Below, in pieces: positions 1-10,930 of a DNA stretch of 64,000 nt. The first letter of the stretch is position 1; every line of letters begins with the position of its first letter. Under the pieces are notes generated by a model, which was not told where the DNA came from, made no database searches, and was given only the letters and a program-made list of their open reading frames with translations. The translations under genes and the position numbers were made by a program. The DNA comes from Pelagomonas calceolata (Eukaryota): the NCBI GenBank assembly GCA_918797485.1, contig CAKKNE010000001.1, positions 5,456,001-5,520,000 of the forward strand, written 5' to 3'.

Positions 1-493
1 AGGCGACTCGGAGGCGGACCGGCCCGCGCCCGAGGCGCAGCCGCCGACGACAAAACCGTGGACGGACGACGACCGCGCGCTCGTGGATGATATGAGACGG
101 TTAGCGCGCGCGCGACGGGCCCAACCCGACTTTTTGACCATGGAACGCGCGAGGCGAGCAAGACTGGGCCAGGCCGTCGACGACGCCGCGCCCTTGAATG
201 ATGGCCTCCCGACGGACCCCGCCGCGCGGGCGTTGCTGCCGCCCGAGTTGCTTGGACATGCGCCGCGCCGGCCGCCGCCTGCGCCCCGACGGCCCGCCAA
301 GAAGCGGCCGCGGTCCATGAGCGAGGCGGCGGTGTTTAGCGACCGGCTCGTGGCCCTCGACGAGGCGCAGCGCGAGGAGCCCGAGGAGGAGGAGCCGCCC
401 GTCGAGGAGGACGAGCCCGACGACTACATGCGCGATTATTATGATGAGGACCAGGACCCGGTGGACGGCGACGGCGACGAGCAGGTGCTGTAG
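1..493 (+). CDS. 5'-partial gene with acidic C-terminal tail; possibly RNA polymerase III subunit RPC7/C31-like
   Basis: Frame is open from base 2 to TAG at 493. LLPPELL and the acidic tail ending DDYMRDYYDED resemble RPC31-family C-termini; similarity judged by eye. Confidence 0.4.
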   Translation, partial: GDSEADRPAPEAQPPTTKPWTDDDRALVDDMRRLARARRAQPDFLTMERARRARLGQAVDDAAPLNDGLPTDPAARALLPPELLGHAPRRPPPAPRRPAKKRPRSMSEAAVFSDRLVALDEAQREEPEEEEPPVEEDEPDDYMRDYYDEDQDPVDGDGDEQVL

Positions 494-663
494 GCACGCC
501 TAAAATGTGAGAACCTTCTCCTGCACGCCGTCGACGCGACAGCCTCGCTTCGATGGCGTCGGAGGCGAACGTGAGCAAACGAGTGTAAGCGATATGTCAT
601 TTACCGACGGGAGGGGGTGGGAATGTGGGCACAGGCGTCTTCAGGCTTGGTCGTTCAACTGCT

Positions 664-1746
664 CTAGTACGAGTAGTTGGCGACGAAGGTCGACGCCGTC
701 GCGGCGGCGCCGCCGGCGCCGCCCTTGTACGTGCCGAGGTTCGCCTCGCTGTTGGCCTTGGACCGGATCATGAGCTCCTTCTGGGCGGCCGCGATGTTCG
801 CGTCGGAGCCCTTCCAGGCTTTGAGGACGGACTGCTGGAGCGCGCGGCCGTAGGAGAAGGTCAGCGACCAGGGCTTCTTGCCCGGGCAGACGTTCATGGC
901 CTGGAGCGCGAGCGACGCGTCCTCCTCGGACATGCCACCGGACAGGAAGGTGATGCCGGGGACCGCCGGCGGCACCGTGCGGCTGAGGCAGCGGACCGTG
1001 CGCACGGCGACCTCGGTCATGTCGCACTTCGTGGCAGCACTCTCGCCACTGCGGACCATGTTGGGCTTGAGGAGCGTGCCCTCGAGCAGGACGTGGTGGT
1101 CCGACAGCTTCTTGTAGACGGCGGCCAGGACCTTCTCGCAGACCTTCTCGGCGTCTTCCGCCGAGTGGGGGCCGTCCATCAAGACCTCGGGCTCGACGAT
1201 GGGCACCAAACCATTGGCCTGGCAGATGGCCGCGTAGCGGGCCAGCGTCTCGGCGTTCTGGTCAATCGATAAGGGCGTGGGGCAGTGCGTCGCGGCGTCG
1301 ATCTTGAGCACCGCGCGCCACTTGGCGAATCTAGCACCTTGAGCATAGTACTTGGCGCATCTTTTGCCGAGGTCGTCGATGCCCTGGGTCACGGTCTCGC
1401 CGTTCGTGCCGAACAAGGGCTGGACGCCCTTGTCGACCTTAATGCCCGGGATGATGCCCTCCTTCTTGAGGAGGTCGACCATGGGCGTGCCGCACGTCGC
1501 GGTATCAAAAAGGGTCTCCTCGTAGGTGATGGCCCCCGAGATGTACTGGCCGAGGCCCTTGGTCTTGAAGAGGAGCTCGCGGTAGCGCACGCGGTTCGGC
1601 TGCGTGTTCTCGACGTTGATCGGCGCGAAGCGCTTGCCGATCGTGCCCGTCGACTCGTCGGCCGCGAGGATGCCCTTGCCCGGCGCCGCGATGGCGTTGG
1701 CCGTGGCGATGAGCTCGTCTTTGTAGGTGCCGGTGAAGGACGCCAT
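664..1746 (-). CDS. FBA: Fructose-bisphosphate aldolase, class I (no targeting peptide, probably cytosolic)
   Basis: [34 protein letters not shown] (Schiff-base Lys), [14 protein letters not shown]-terminal Tyr. Confidence 0.97.
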   Translation of the reverse strand: MASFTGTYKDELIATANAIAAPGKGILAADESTGTIGKRFAPINVENTQPNRVRYRELLFKTKGLGQYISGAITYEETLFDTATCGTPMVDLLKKEGIIPGIKVDKGVQPLFGTNGETVTQGIDDLGKRCAKYYAQGARFAKWRAVLKIDAATHCPTPLSIDQNAETLARYAAICQANGLVPIVEPEVLMDGPHSAEDAEKVCEKVLAAVYKKLSDHHVLLEGTLLKPNMVRSGESAATKCDMTEVAVRTVRCLSRTVPPAVPGITFLSGGMSEEDASLALQAMNVCPGKKPWSLTFSYGRALQQSVLKAWKGSDANIAAAQKELMIRSKANSEANLGTYKGGAGGAAATASTFVANYSY

Positions 1747-2311
1747 CTTGTTTTAACCTGCGGGGCGGTTTGCGTCGCTGCCAGCTTGCGTAGGGGGGGG
1801 GCGGCACGCCAACGACAGCGATGCAAGGGAAACCGGCGCGTCGGCGGTCCCGCGCCCGTCGCATATCAGCTTTTAGAAATTGGCTATTTTTGGCCACCAC
1901 GTAGTACCAACGTGCTTTTTTGGCGGCGGATCTCGCGCGCTGGCGTCCGCGCTGTGGCGCAGTGCTCTGGCTGCAACGGCTGTGTTATGCGACGCTGCTG
2001 CACGCGGTTAATTAGGTCGAGACTAATATCGATGACATGGAGGCCGGAGAGGACCTCCTGGGCCGAGGCTTCGAGACGCCTCTCTTTTCGCGATGTATGT
2101 CTCCCTATCGTTCCGCCGACGCTGCTCGCCCGTTTACAGGTCCGAATCCCGAGCTTGAAAACCCGTGATTTAGTAAAAGAGCCAAAACACGCGCACGAGG
2201 GCAAAGACCTCTGCCTCAGCTGGCCACGCGGCTCAGAAAGCATCACCAGCAATAGCGCAACAGCTCCAGCCCAAACTCTAGCCCAGAAGCCCGCCCGCGC
2301 CGCGCCACGCC

Positions 2312-3415
2312 ATGGCTCTCCCAATCCAAGCAAGGCGGCGGCGCCCCCCCAGCCGCCTCGCGTTGTTATTCGCTGTATGTAAATGCTCCGATGCCCTCAC
2401 GCTGTCGAGGCGACCACTTCGCCAAACACGACGGACGCAACTGAGGATGATGGACGAGGTCGAGTGCGACGTGGCTATTGTCGGCGGCGGCCCCGCGGGC
2501 TGCTGCTGCGCGCTGTATACAGCTAGAGCGGACCACCGGACGGTGATTCTGGACAAGAACCCGAGCGTGGGTGCCCTGGCCATCACGTCGCACATCGCGA
2601 ATTACCCCGGCGTCGACAAGACGATGGGTGGGGATGAACTGTTAGACAAGATGCGCGAGCAGGCCGTGAGCTATGGTACGGACTACCGGAGGGCTCAAGT
2701 GTTTATGGTCGACGTCGAAGGGGAACAAAAAGTGGTATACACGCCTGATGTGACCGTGAAAGCCAAAACGTTGGTTCTGGCGACCGGGGCTCTGGGCCAC
2801 GAGCCGTCCTTCGCCGGCGAGGCGGAATTTCTGGGGCGGGGCGTCAGCTACTGCGCGACCTGCGACGCCGCCTTCTACAGAGATGCCGAAGTGTGTGTGG
2901 TCGGTTCAGGAAATGAGGCGATCGAGGAGGCCGAGTACTTGACAAAATTCGCGTCGACGGTGCACTGGGTGACGCAGTTCGACCCGCGCTGGGACGAGGT
3001 GCCGCATGCTGTCGAGTTAAGAGATCATCCGAACGTCAAGCACTGGTCCGCGACTAGATTAATGGAGGTCGTGGGAGATGATGCGGGCGTCAACGGTGTC
3101 GTGCTCAAGCGGAAAGGTGGCGAAGAGCAAGAATCATTAGCTGTGGAGGGCTGCTTCATCTACGTCGCCGGCTCGAAACCGATCACGGACTTTTTGTCGG
3201 AGAACGCGGTGGAGCTGCAGGACGACGGCGGCGTGGCCGTGAACGACGAGATGGAAACCAGTGTTCCTGGCGTGTTCGCCATCGGCGACATTAGAAATAC
3301 GCCCTTTAAACAAGTGGTGGTCGCGGCGGCGGACGGGTGCATCGCCGCGATGAGCATAGACAGGTTCCTCAAGGGGCGAAAGAAGGTCCGCGTGGACTGG
3401 GTCCACGATCTCTAG
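2312..3415 (+). CDS. Thioredoxin-reductase-family flavoprotein (DTR/FFTR-like) with N-terminal targeting leader
   Basis: GGGPAG, NYPG, LATGA, GRGVSYCATCD, TSVPGVFAIGD. No HRRxxR motif. C-terminal ...VRVDWVH. Confidence 0.9.
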   Translation: MALPIQARRRRPPSRLALLFAVCKCSDALTLSRRPLRQTRRTQLRMMDEVECDVAIVGGGPAGCCCALYTARADHRTVILDKNPSVGALAITSHIANYPGVDKTMGGDELLDKMREQAVSYGTDYRRAQVFMVDVEGEQKVVYTPDVTVKAKTLVLATGALGHEPSFAGEAEFLGRGVSYCATCDAAFYRDAEVCVVGSGNEAIEEAEYLTKFASTVHWVTQFDPRWDEVPHAVELRDHPNVKHWSATRLMEVVGDDAGVNGVVLKRKGGEEQESLAVEGCFIYVAGSKPITDFLSENAVELQDDGGVAVNDEMETSVPGVFAIGDIRNTPFKQVVVAAADGCIAAMSIDRFLKGRKKVRVDWVHDL

Positions 3416-3659
3416 GTTTAAGAATTCGCTTCGGTCTTTGCTTTCTTTTGCTTTGCTTAGACCTAGGCCTGCGCAAGTCCTGAGCCAACGCCTCCCCGCA
3501 TGACCGCACCGTGACCGTGACGCCCACCTCTTTTTGTGGGTGCGTCGACGGCGTCCTCGAGGCCGCTCGCGCGCACGGGTCGCGTGACGCCGACGGCGTA
3601 CGGGGCACGCCATCGCCGCGGGAGACCAACTAATCACAGCATAGTATAAGTACCCCCTT

Positions 3660-4817
3660 CTAGGGCGGCGTCGACGCACCGGACAGGTCCAGCTTGTGCG
3701 CGTCCTTCATGACGATGTGCTCGATGCGCACGCACCCGAACAGCTCCTCGGGCAGCTCGGCCGGCGCCGCGCCCTGGAGCAGGAAGGCCATGTCTGCCAC
3801 GACGACCGACGCGCGCCCAATAGCCAACCCTATGGTATATTGGGCGATCTTCGACGAGGCAATGTTGCAGTCCGTCTCGAAGTAGTCTCCACCTTCAGGA
3901 CCGTAGTACAGGAGCTCGATCTTGTTCCCGAGCAATGTAGGCACCTCGCCCACCGCCTTCTTGACGACGAACGGCGCGTTGACGCACCGCGGAATGAGTT
4001 TAAAGGTGTTGTTGCGCCACTCGTGGAGTTGGTCGTTCGAGGAAAAGGTGCCTTTGCCCGTATTCACGCCAGCATTTGATGGAGAGGTCACGCGCTGGAA
4101 GAAGCGTTTCGATAACCTCGCAATAGGAGTATCTTCGTCGAACAGCTTCGATCGGTCGGCACATCCAAAGTACATGCAGAACGACTTGTAGGGCGGGCCC
4201 GGGACTTGCAGTTGAATCAACCACGTGAAGGGCTTCTTGTCCGGCTCGAGTAGACCGCTCTCCCGCCACAACTGCTCCATCCTGGCGCCTAAGTGGCGGC
4301 CCATGTGGTTTTCCGGCTGGTCCACATCGAATAGATCACAATCTAGCAAGTGGAAGAGGGGCTCGCCGCACTTTATTTTGACTCTATCAACTAAATAATT
4401 TGGACCGCGAACCACAAACGCCGACGCCTCCGGCGACCCGCACCAGTACGCGCCGTCCCTCAATAGTAGTCTTTTGGTGCGGGGGCACCGCACCGCTTTG
4501 CCCGCTAATGACGGGAGTTGCGCCGGCTTCCACCCTTCATCGTGTTCATCCGCAATGCCCGTCTCCTCGACCGACGGCACGGACGCCGTCCGCCTTCGAG
4601 ACATGGTCTTCGGGGCGACCCAGTCGTCGTCGTCGTGCGTCGGGCTCGCGGGTTCTCTATTAATAACGGACCGCGGCGGCGCGAGGACATACACTCTTCC
4701 AGCGAGGACGGCCCAGGTCAATAACACGACCAAGACGGCCGTCGCGCAGCGGCCCTCGGCCGTCGCGCAGAGGCCGATCGCGCCGTCGAGCGCCGCGGCG
4801 TCGAGGAGGAAGGACAT
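3660..4817 (-). CDS. EDR2 C-terminal (DUF1336) domain protein with N-terminal TM segment
   Basis: FVVRGPNYLVDRVKI, FKLIPRCVNAPFVVKKAVG, YFETDCNIASSKIA, DMAFLLQG...ELPEELFG. Confidence 0.85.
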   Translation of the reverse strand: MSFLLDAAALDGAIGLCATAEGRCATAVLVVLLTWAVLAGRVYVLAPPRSVINREPASPTHDDDDWVAPKTMSRRRTASVPSVEETGIADEHDEGWKPAQLPSLAGKAVRCPRTKRLLLRDGAYWCGSPEASAFVVRGPNYLVDRVKIKCGEPLFHLLDCDLFDVDQPENHMGRHLGARMEQLWRESGLLEPDKKPFTWLIQLQVPGPPYKSFCMYFGCADRSKLFDEDTPIARLSKRFFQRVTSPSNAGVNTGKGTFSSNDQLHEWRNNTFKLIPRCVNAPFVVKKAVGEVPTLLGNKIELLYYGPEGGDYFETDCNIASSKIAQYTIGLAIGRASVVVADMAFLLQGAAPAELPEELFGCVRIEHIVMKDAHKLDLSGASTPP

Positions 4818-5078
4818 GCGCTAGTTTCGCGCAGCGCAGCGTTGGCCTGCCGTCAGCCGGTGCTGCGGAGGCGTCGCTTGCGCAGCGAGACCGCGCGCAG
4901 GGCAAATGACTCGATTTGACTCTCTAGGTGCACGCGCCTCGGCTGAGGCGCGGCGGGCGAGACAGCTCGCCGAGCGCGCTGTCGCTGCTCGAATGGCTGC
5001 TCAGAGAGCGCCAGCACGCGACAGGTGTCCTCGTTAGCCCTCGCAAAGCCGATGGTCGAGACAGGGGAATCGCGCTTG

Positions 5079-5099
5079 CTAGTGTCTTAGGCCGCTAGC
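5079..5099 (-). promoter_or_regulatory. Bipartite CTAG-flanked upstream motif
   Basis: GCTAGCGGCCTAAGACACTAG between divergent genes. Confidence 0.6.
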
Positions 5100-5266
5100 A
5101 CGCGTCCGCGCGCTTTTGTTCGAACACCCACTACCATACGCCAATTAAGACTGGTGGCCCCGCGTTCGGCGTTTTGGCCTCTCAGCTCGTGAATCTGAAG
5201 CCTCTTCGAGCGAGCTGCAAAAAGCTGCATATTGTGCTCTAAACTTCACGCACGAGGCTAAAGAGC

Positions 5267-7132
5267 ATGGCATCGCTGGACACCTGCGAGCCATCGATCG
5301 ATGCCGCACGAAGAAACGGCACAAGTGCCACTGCTGAGGACATGAGCGCTGCAGGCACCGCACTGTGCGACGCCAACGACGCGACGGTCACGCCGGACAC
5401 GAGCGCCGCGCAACGAACGATCACGCCGGACACGAGCGACGAGAACGACGACAACCCTTTGTTGGATGACGTCTCGGACCCCGACGTCGACGCGTGCCTC
5501 CGCGTGCTCGACAGGATCACAAAAGACCCCGCGGCCTTCGGGACGCCGCAACATCGAAGGTTGCGCGGCGCGGTGCGCGCCGCGCACGGGGCCCTGACGG
5601 CCGGCGACTTCGGTGGCATGGACGGTTTGGTCCACGGGAGAAGGCGGCAGCTCCGGAAGGAGAGGGAAGCTAGAGCGACGCGGCGCCGCGACCTAGACCA
5701 GAAGCACCGCGACTCGACGCAGTTGAGAAAGCAGCGCATCGACAAATTGAAAGCCTTGGAGAACGACCAGGGGCCCCTTTTGCTGGCGCCGGACGGCGCG
5801 GCCAAGGAAGGTACATCATCTTTGAACGCCGAGACGACGGATAGTTTCCGACACTGCTACACGTGTAAAAAACGCTTCGACGGCCTCCACGAGTTCTACT
5901 CGCAGCTCTGTCCGTCTTGTGCTGCGCTCAACTGGCGCATGCGGTCGCGCACCGAGGACCTGTCGGGCCGCGTCGCGCTGCTCACGGGCGCGCGCGTGAA
6001 GATCGGCTTCGAGACGGGCCTCAAGCTGTTGCGGGCCGGCGCTTATTTAATAGCGACGACGCGCTTCCCCCACGACCTCGCGGCGCGCTACGGTATGCTT
6101 GCGGCGTTCTTTTTTGTGTCTTCGCCCCCGAACGCACGCGTCCGCGCAGGGCGCGAGGCCGACGCGGACGAGTGGCGCGGTCGTTTGGAGGTGCACGGCT
6201 TGGACCTGCGGGATCTGCGGGGCGTCGAGACGTTCTGCGCGTTTATCGCGGAGAGGCACGAGGCCCTGGACGTCCTGGTGAACAACGCGTGCCAGACGGT
6301 AAGACGGCCGGCGCGCTACTATTCGACGCTCGTCGAGGGCGAGCGGCGCATGAGCCTGACGGACGGTAGTGGTGGTGAGAATGGCATCGCCGTCGTGTCC
6401 TGTGTGGAAATCAAATTTTGGGCGCCCCACGCCATCGACGCGATGCTGTACCTATAATTGCGTCTGCTCGATGGCGTAGAGTTTCACGCCATCGACGCAA
6501 CCTAACTCATTGGTTGATTTCCACAGGTCGTGTCGCGCAACGACGCGTCGAAGGCGTTGGCGGTGGTAGCGCCCGAGGACGAGACCGTCTCTTTTGTCCA
6601 AGGCAAGACGGACGTCAACGGCCAGCAGCTCGACCTCCGGGAGCACAACTCCTGGACGGCGACGCTGGACGAGGTGGCGACGGCCGAGGTCGTCGAGGCC
6701 CAGGCGATTAACTGCGTGGCGCCGTTCATCCTGTGCTCGAAGCTCCAGCCGTTACTGGCGAAGGCGGCGCAGTTGCGAGATCGGGCCTTCGTCGTGAACG
6801 TCTCGGCCATGGAGGGCAAGTTTTATCGGTATAAAACCCCGAACCACCCGCACACGAACATGGCCAAGGCGTCGTTGAATATGTTGGTGAGGACCTGCGG
6901 CGCGGACCTCGCCAAACGACTACATATCTACATGACGGCGGTCGACACGGGCTGGATCAACGACGAGAACCCCGCTCCCAAGGCGTACCGCACGGCGCAG
7001 ACGGGCTTCCAGACGCCTATCGACGAAGTGGACGCGGCGGCGCGGATTCTTCATCCCGTGTTCGATGGAATCGTGTGCGAGACGCCTCTGTCAGGTGTGT
7101 TCCTGAAGGACTATGGGGAGACGGAGTGGTAG
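5267..7132 (+). CDS. Short-chain dehydrogenase/reductase with N-terminal Cys-rich motif; introns 6093-6149 and 6392-6526
   Basis: CYTCK...CPSC, TGARVKIG, LVNNA, VVNVSAMEG, HTNMAKASLNM. Removing both GT-AG introns joins ORFs 5267 and 6530 in frame. Confidence 0.88.
6392..6526 (+). mobile_element. Introner-type TIR element forming a 135-nt intron
   Basis: Exact TSD GTCGTGTC at 6392-6399 and 6527-6534. Termini CTGTGTGGAAATC...GATTTCCACAG. Internal CGCCATCG/CGATGGCG units. Confidence 0.92.
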
Positions 7133-7171
7133 GCCTGTCTAACTTGTCACAATGTTACTTACTCGCCACCT

Positions 7172-7240
7172 CTAGTAGAAGCCGACGTGGAACGAGAACT
7201 CGACGATCAGCGGCACGAGCTCTTTCGGAACGAGGTGCGT
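7172..7240 (-). pseudogene. Orphan C-terminal coding fragment (LVPKELVPLIVEFSFHVGFY-stop)
   Basis: Protein-like stretch ending in TAG at 7172, with no start codon; abuts the + strand fragment at about 7239. Confidence 0.45.
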
Positions 7241-7595
7241 AGCAGCCCTCAACTACGCGTCGACCCTGGTTGATCTACAGCGCTTCGAAGAAGTCAAATT
7301 ACTGTATCGCAAAACGATACCCGTGGCGCGGCGCGTTGTCGGCGAGAATGATTCTCTCACGCTCCAGATGAGGGGTAATTATGTACGGATGCTCCACAGC
7401 GACCCAGGCTCCACGGTCAACGATCTCCTCGAGGCCGTAGAGACGGGCGAAGAGACGGTGCGGATTGCGCGGCGCGTGCTTGGCGGCGCGCACCCTATCA
7501 CAACGGGAACTGAGGGCGAACTTCGAAGAGCGCGAGCCGCCCTCCGCGCCCGCGAGACGGGCGGCGCCAGGGAGCCAGTAAGCACAGCGAACTAA
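7239..7595 (+). pseudogene. 5'-truncated TPR-like helical-repeat fragment, copy 1
   Basis: AALNYASTLVDLQRFEEVKLLYRKTIPVARRVVGE...RIARRVLGGAHP...ARAALRARET; homologous to 10926-11240. Confidence 0.7.
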
Positions 7596-7615
7596 ACTAC
7601 CGTATTAAATGTCTT

Positions 7616-8431
7616 TCAGCCTCCAAAGCTCCGCGCCAGGCGCAGGAGCCGCCCGATCTGCGCCGCGGGCGCGTCGCCAGGCGTCGTCCTCTGCGGCACG
7701 ACGACGGCCCAGAGCGTCGCGGCGTCGTGCCTGGCGTCGCCGCGCGGCGGGAGCGCCGCCAAGCGCCGCGCCGCCGCCGCCTGCAAGTCGAGGTCCTCCG
7801 CGTGGCGCGCCTCGACGGCAAGGCAGTCGTCGAGCCACTTGAGGACCGCCTTGCGCGGCACGAGCAGCAGGTCGCACGTCGCCGCCGCCACGACTCCGCA
7901 CTCGCCCTTTTGATCCAACACCTCGGCGAAGGCGCTCAAGGCCGACACGGACTCGGGGTCCCGCGCGACGAGCTCGCAGACCGGCGGGATGGGCGCGACG
8001 CGCCGAACCTCGCGCGCCGCATCCACCTCCGCCGCGAAGCGCAGGCCGAGGGGCATCCACGGCCGCCAGCTGCGCCGCGGGCAGCGGAGCTCGACGTTCC
8101 GGGCGCAGCTGGCGGCGTCGACCCGGAGCCGCGGGATGACGCCGACGCCGACGCTCTTGCTGTCGTCGGCCAGCGAGCAGTGCTGCAGGAGCGCCAGCGT
8201 CTCGGTGAGAGACGAGGGCGGCGGCGCCGGCGCGTGCACGAGCTTCTGGAGCTCCGCGGCGCGCGCCCGCCAGGGGTGCAGCAGCGCGGCGAAGGCGGGC
8301 GTCTCCCAGCCCTTGGCGGTGATCCGGAGGCGCGCCCAGTTTTCCGGGTCCAGGTACTTCATGAGGATGGCGCCGACGACGGCGGACGGGAGATGCGCGT
8401 CCAGAGGGCTTGCTAACGAGGGCTTTTCCAT
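7616..8431 (-). CDS. Hypothetical protein with F-box-like N-terminus
   Basis: ATG at 8431; HLPSAVVGAILMKYLDPENWARLRITAKGW resembles an F-box. Confidence 0.55.
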   Translation of the reverse strand: MEKPSLASPLDAHLPSAVVGAILMKYLDPENWARLRITAKGWETPAFAALLHPWRARAAELQKLVHAPAPPPSSLTETLALLQHCSLADDSKSVGVGVIPRLRVDAASCARNVELRCPRRSWRPWMPLGLRFAAEVDAAREVRRVAPIPPVCELVARDPESVSALSAFAEVLDQKGECGVVAAATCDLLLVPRKAVLKWLDDCLAVEARHAEDLDLQAAAARRLAALPPRGDARHDAATLWAVVVPQRTTPGDAPAAQIGRLLRLARSFGG

Positions 8432-8781
8432 GGTTGCGCCGGGCGAGGTTCGCGCGGTGGCCAGGAGCAGGCTTTGGTGGAGTGGTACCACCCGCGTGGG
8501 CGGCTATGAGCTCGTAACGTTGCTGTCTCACTTTCGCCGCGCTGGGCCGTTTCCGCGTCGTTTCGACCGCTGGAAACGCGGTCTTTCGAGAACGCTACTC
8601 CGGTCGCACTGTGCTAACCGTTTTTGTTGTTGCGCTGTGGGCGTGCTCGTCGCGCGGCACGCAACAACGAGGAGCTTGGCAGCTTCGCGCTCGACTTTGG
8701 TCCGGGGGGTAGCAGTCCTCCAGATCTCCGTATAGGAATCAGGCGCTGGAAGACTGCTTCACGAGGTCTTTTCCGACTTTT

Positions 8782-8958
8782 ATACTTACCTGCTCAGCGT
8801 GTGGCAATGATCATTTAGATTGCTGCCGACGTGAGGCGCCGGCCATTGCACTCGGACCTCGGTCCGTACGGTACGGCAAATCACGTGCCCCTTGGCACAA
8901 GCCTTGAGGGTCTGGGATAATTTTTTTAGAGTGAGGTGTCGCGATTTCGCGCCCTCGC
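8782..8958 (+). ncRNA. U1: U1 spliceosomal snRNA
   Basis: 5' ATACTTACCTG; GATCA in stem-loop I (U1-70K site); ATTGCAC loop (U1A site); CTCAG/CTGGG closing helix; Sm site AATTTTTTTAG at 8919-8929; terminal hairpin GTGAGG...CCTCGC. Confidence 0.92.
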
Positions 8959-9248
8959 GCCGCCGCCCCCCCCAACACAACAACAACACCCCAACAACAC
9001 GCCACGCGTCGCGTCGTTCGCGGCGTCGTCAACGTCGCGAATAAAAAGAAATTACTTTTTCGCCTCCCCTATGTCTGACCCCAGCCTCCAGCCCCTCTGG
9101 AGACGTGCAAGGAATCGCGCTCAAGTTTACGCCGGCATCCGGAACCCGATTTGAGCTCCAAGTGGCGCTCCTCTCTGGCACATTGCAGGCTGCTAAAACG
9201 CAGCGCATTGATCACCAAACTAGCTGCACAGACGTGATAACAGAAGCC

Positions 9249-10681
9249 ATGCGAGCACTGCTGCTGCTGCTAGCAGCAGCAGCCAGCGCCGAGTGGGTAG
9301 AGTGGCCCGCAGGCCAGGCCGTCCCGGAGGGCGCGTCGACACGCATCAACATCAATACCAACAAAGTAGAAGTAGATATAGACGTGAACGCGACGCTCCT
9401 AGAGCACCGCTACCGCACATCTGTCAACGAGGCGACGCGCGCCGAGGACACGACGGCGAACCTCACGAGGCGCGAGACTATTATCAGTTCACTAAAACGC
9501 CTGCCGCCCGACGAGGTCGGCGACGTCGAATCGTTAACGGACGCCGAGCTCGACGCGCTCTGGGCGGACCGGCAGGAGTCATTACGAAAGTGGTCGGAGC
9601 AGCTCAGCGACGCCGCCAAGTCCCTGCAGAATCGGCTACAAGCGCTGCTCCGGGACGACCACGAGGCGAAGCTCGAGGCGCTCGACGAATTGTGCGTATC
9701 AGTGTCGCGTCGATGGCGTGGAGGTGGGAGCGGTCCCAATTTCGCGTCGACCGCGTGGTGCTCGGTATATGCGAGAGAGGGGTCTGCGCGATGGCGTCGG
9801 AGGTGGACCCTCGTCCCTCAGGACATAGAGAGGAGAGGACAACAGCCTGATCGATGGCGTTGGACGCAGAGAGTGGGGCGCAGAGAGAAGACGCAAACAT
9901 CGCAAAACGCAGGGACTTCGAGCTCTCCGACCTCGACAACGCCAAGGACTTCCACGACGCGCTCGGCGGCTGGCCGGCGCTCGCGGGCCTCCTCTCGGCG
10001 GACGCGTCTGAAGTAAGACGGCGCGCGGCGCAGTGCGTCGGCACGGCGGCGAAGCACGGCTTCCAGGCCTGGGTCCTCGAGGCCGAGGTGCTCCCGCGAT
10101 TGGTGAATATGCTCGACGAGGCGACCTGGCCCGCGCGCAAGGCGGCCGTCTACGCGCTCGGCTGCGCTTTACGAAGTTCGGCGCCCGTCCAGCGCGCCTT
10201 TGGAAGAAGGGGCATGGCGGCTCTCTCAAAGCTTGCATCAACAGCGTTGGAAGACTCAGGGAATCAACAAGCCTGGGCCGTCGCGGACAAGGTCGCGGCG
10301 CTGATCGGCGACCTCGTGCAGGAGGGCCGCGCGGTGCCGCCCGACGCGTGCGACGCCGTCGCGGCCGTGTTGGCGAAGGCGCCGGCCGACGGCCGCGCGG
10401 ACCGCCCGCTGCGCGCGGTGCTGGCCGCCGTGCCGCACTGCGGCGCGGGCTGGCGGTCCCGTAACGCGGTTGACGTCTCCGCGCTCCGGGACGCTTTCCC
10501 CGGCGACGAGTACGGCCGCGACCTCGTGCAGCTGTGCGACGACGTCACGGAGGCTATCCGAACGGCCGAGGAGCCCCCGGCGCCGCCGAAGGAGCCGCTC
10601 GCGGACCTCGAGCTGCTGCCGCCGAAGTTGATCGAGCGGCTGGCAGCGGCGGCGGGGCGTCGCGGTGGGGGAGAGCTCTAA
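9249..10681 (+). CDS. SIL1: SIL1/HspBP1-like ER Hsp70 nucleotide exchange factor; intron 9692-9912
   Basis: Signal peptide; W...GQAVPEG..RIN; spliced ALDELDFELSDLDNAKDF..LGGW; ARM repeats; C-terminal GGEL. The GTGCGT...CAG intron restores frame. Confidence 0.8.
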
Positions 10682-10695
10682 GTAATAGTGTGATT

Positions 10696-10930
10696 TTATA
10701 ATCCATGCTCGAAACGCCTTTTTCGCCGTCGACGGCGTCGAGGCCGCTTGGGCGCGCCCCCGCGAGTATGCATGCGGGTCTTGGCCCAGCGGTCCTTGTC
10801 CGCCGCAGGGAGCGCCTGCCACATGCCGACGAGCGTATCAATAACCTTCCTCTCGCTCGGCCGCTCCGCTTCCCTGACGATCCTGCCCCGGCTCGTGGAA
10901 CGATGCGCCGCGCCAAAGAACAGGTATGTC
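10696..10930 (-). pseudogene. HMG-box-like fragment with basic tail, 5'-truncated
   Basis: YLFFGAAHR...LVGMWQALPAADKDRW followed by KRPRRRRRRKRR; lacks the N-terminal PKRP part of the box. Confidence 0.5.

Noticed and set aside
1750..1900. Possible 5'-UTR intron of the aldolase (CCCCGCAG acceptor near 1758)
   Set aside because: No donor can be placed without transcript data.
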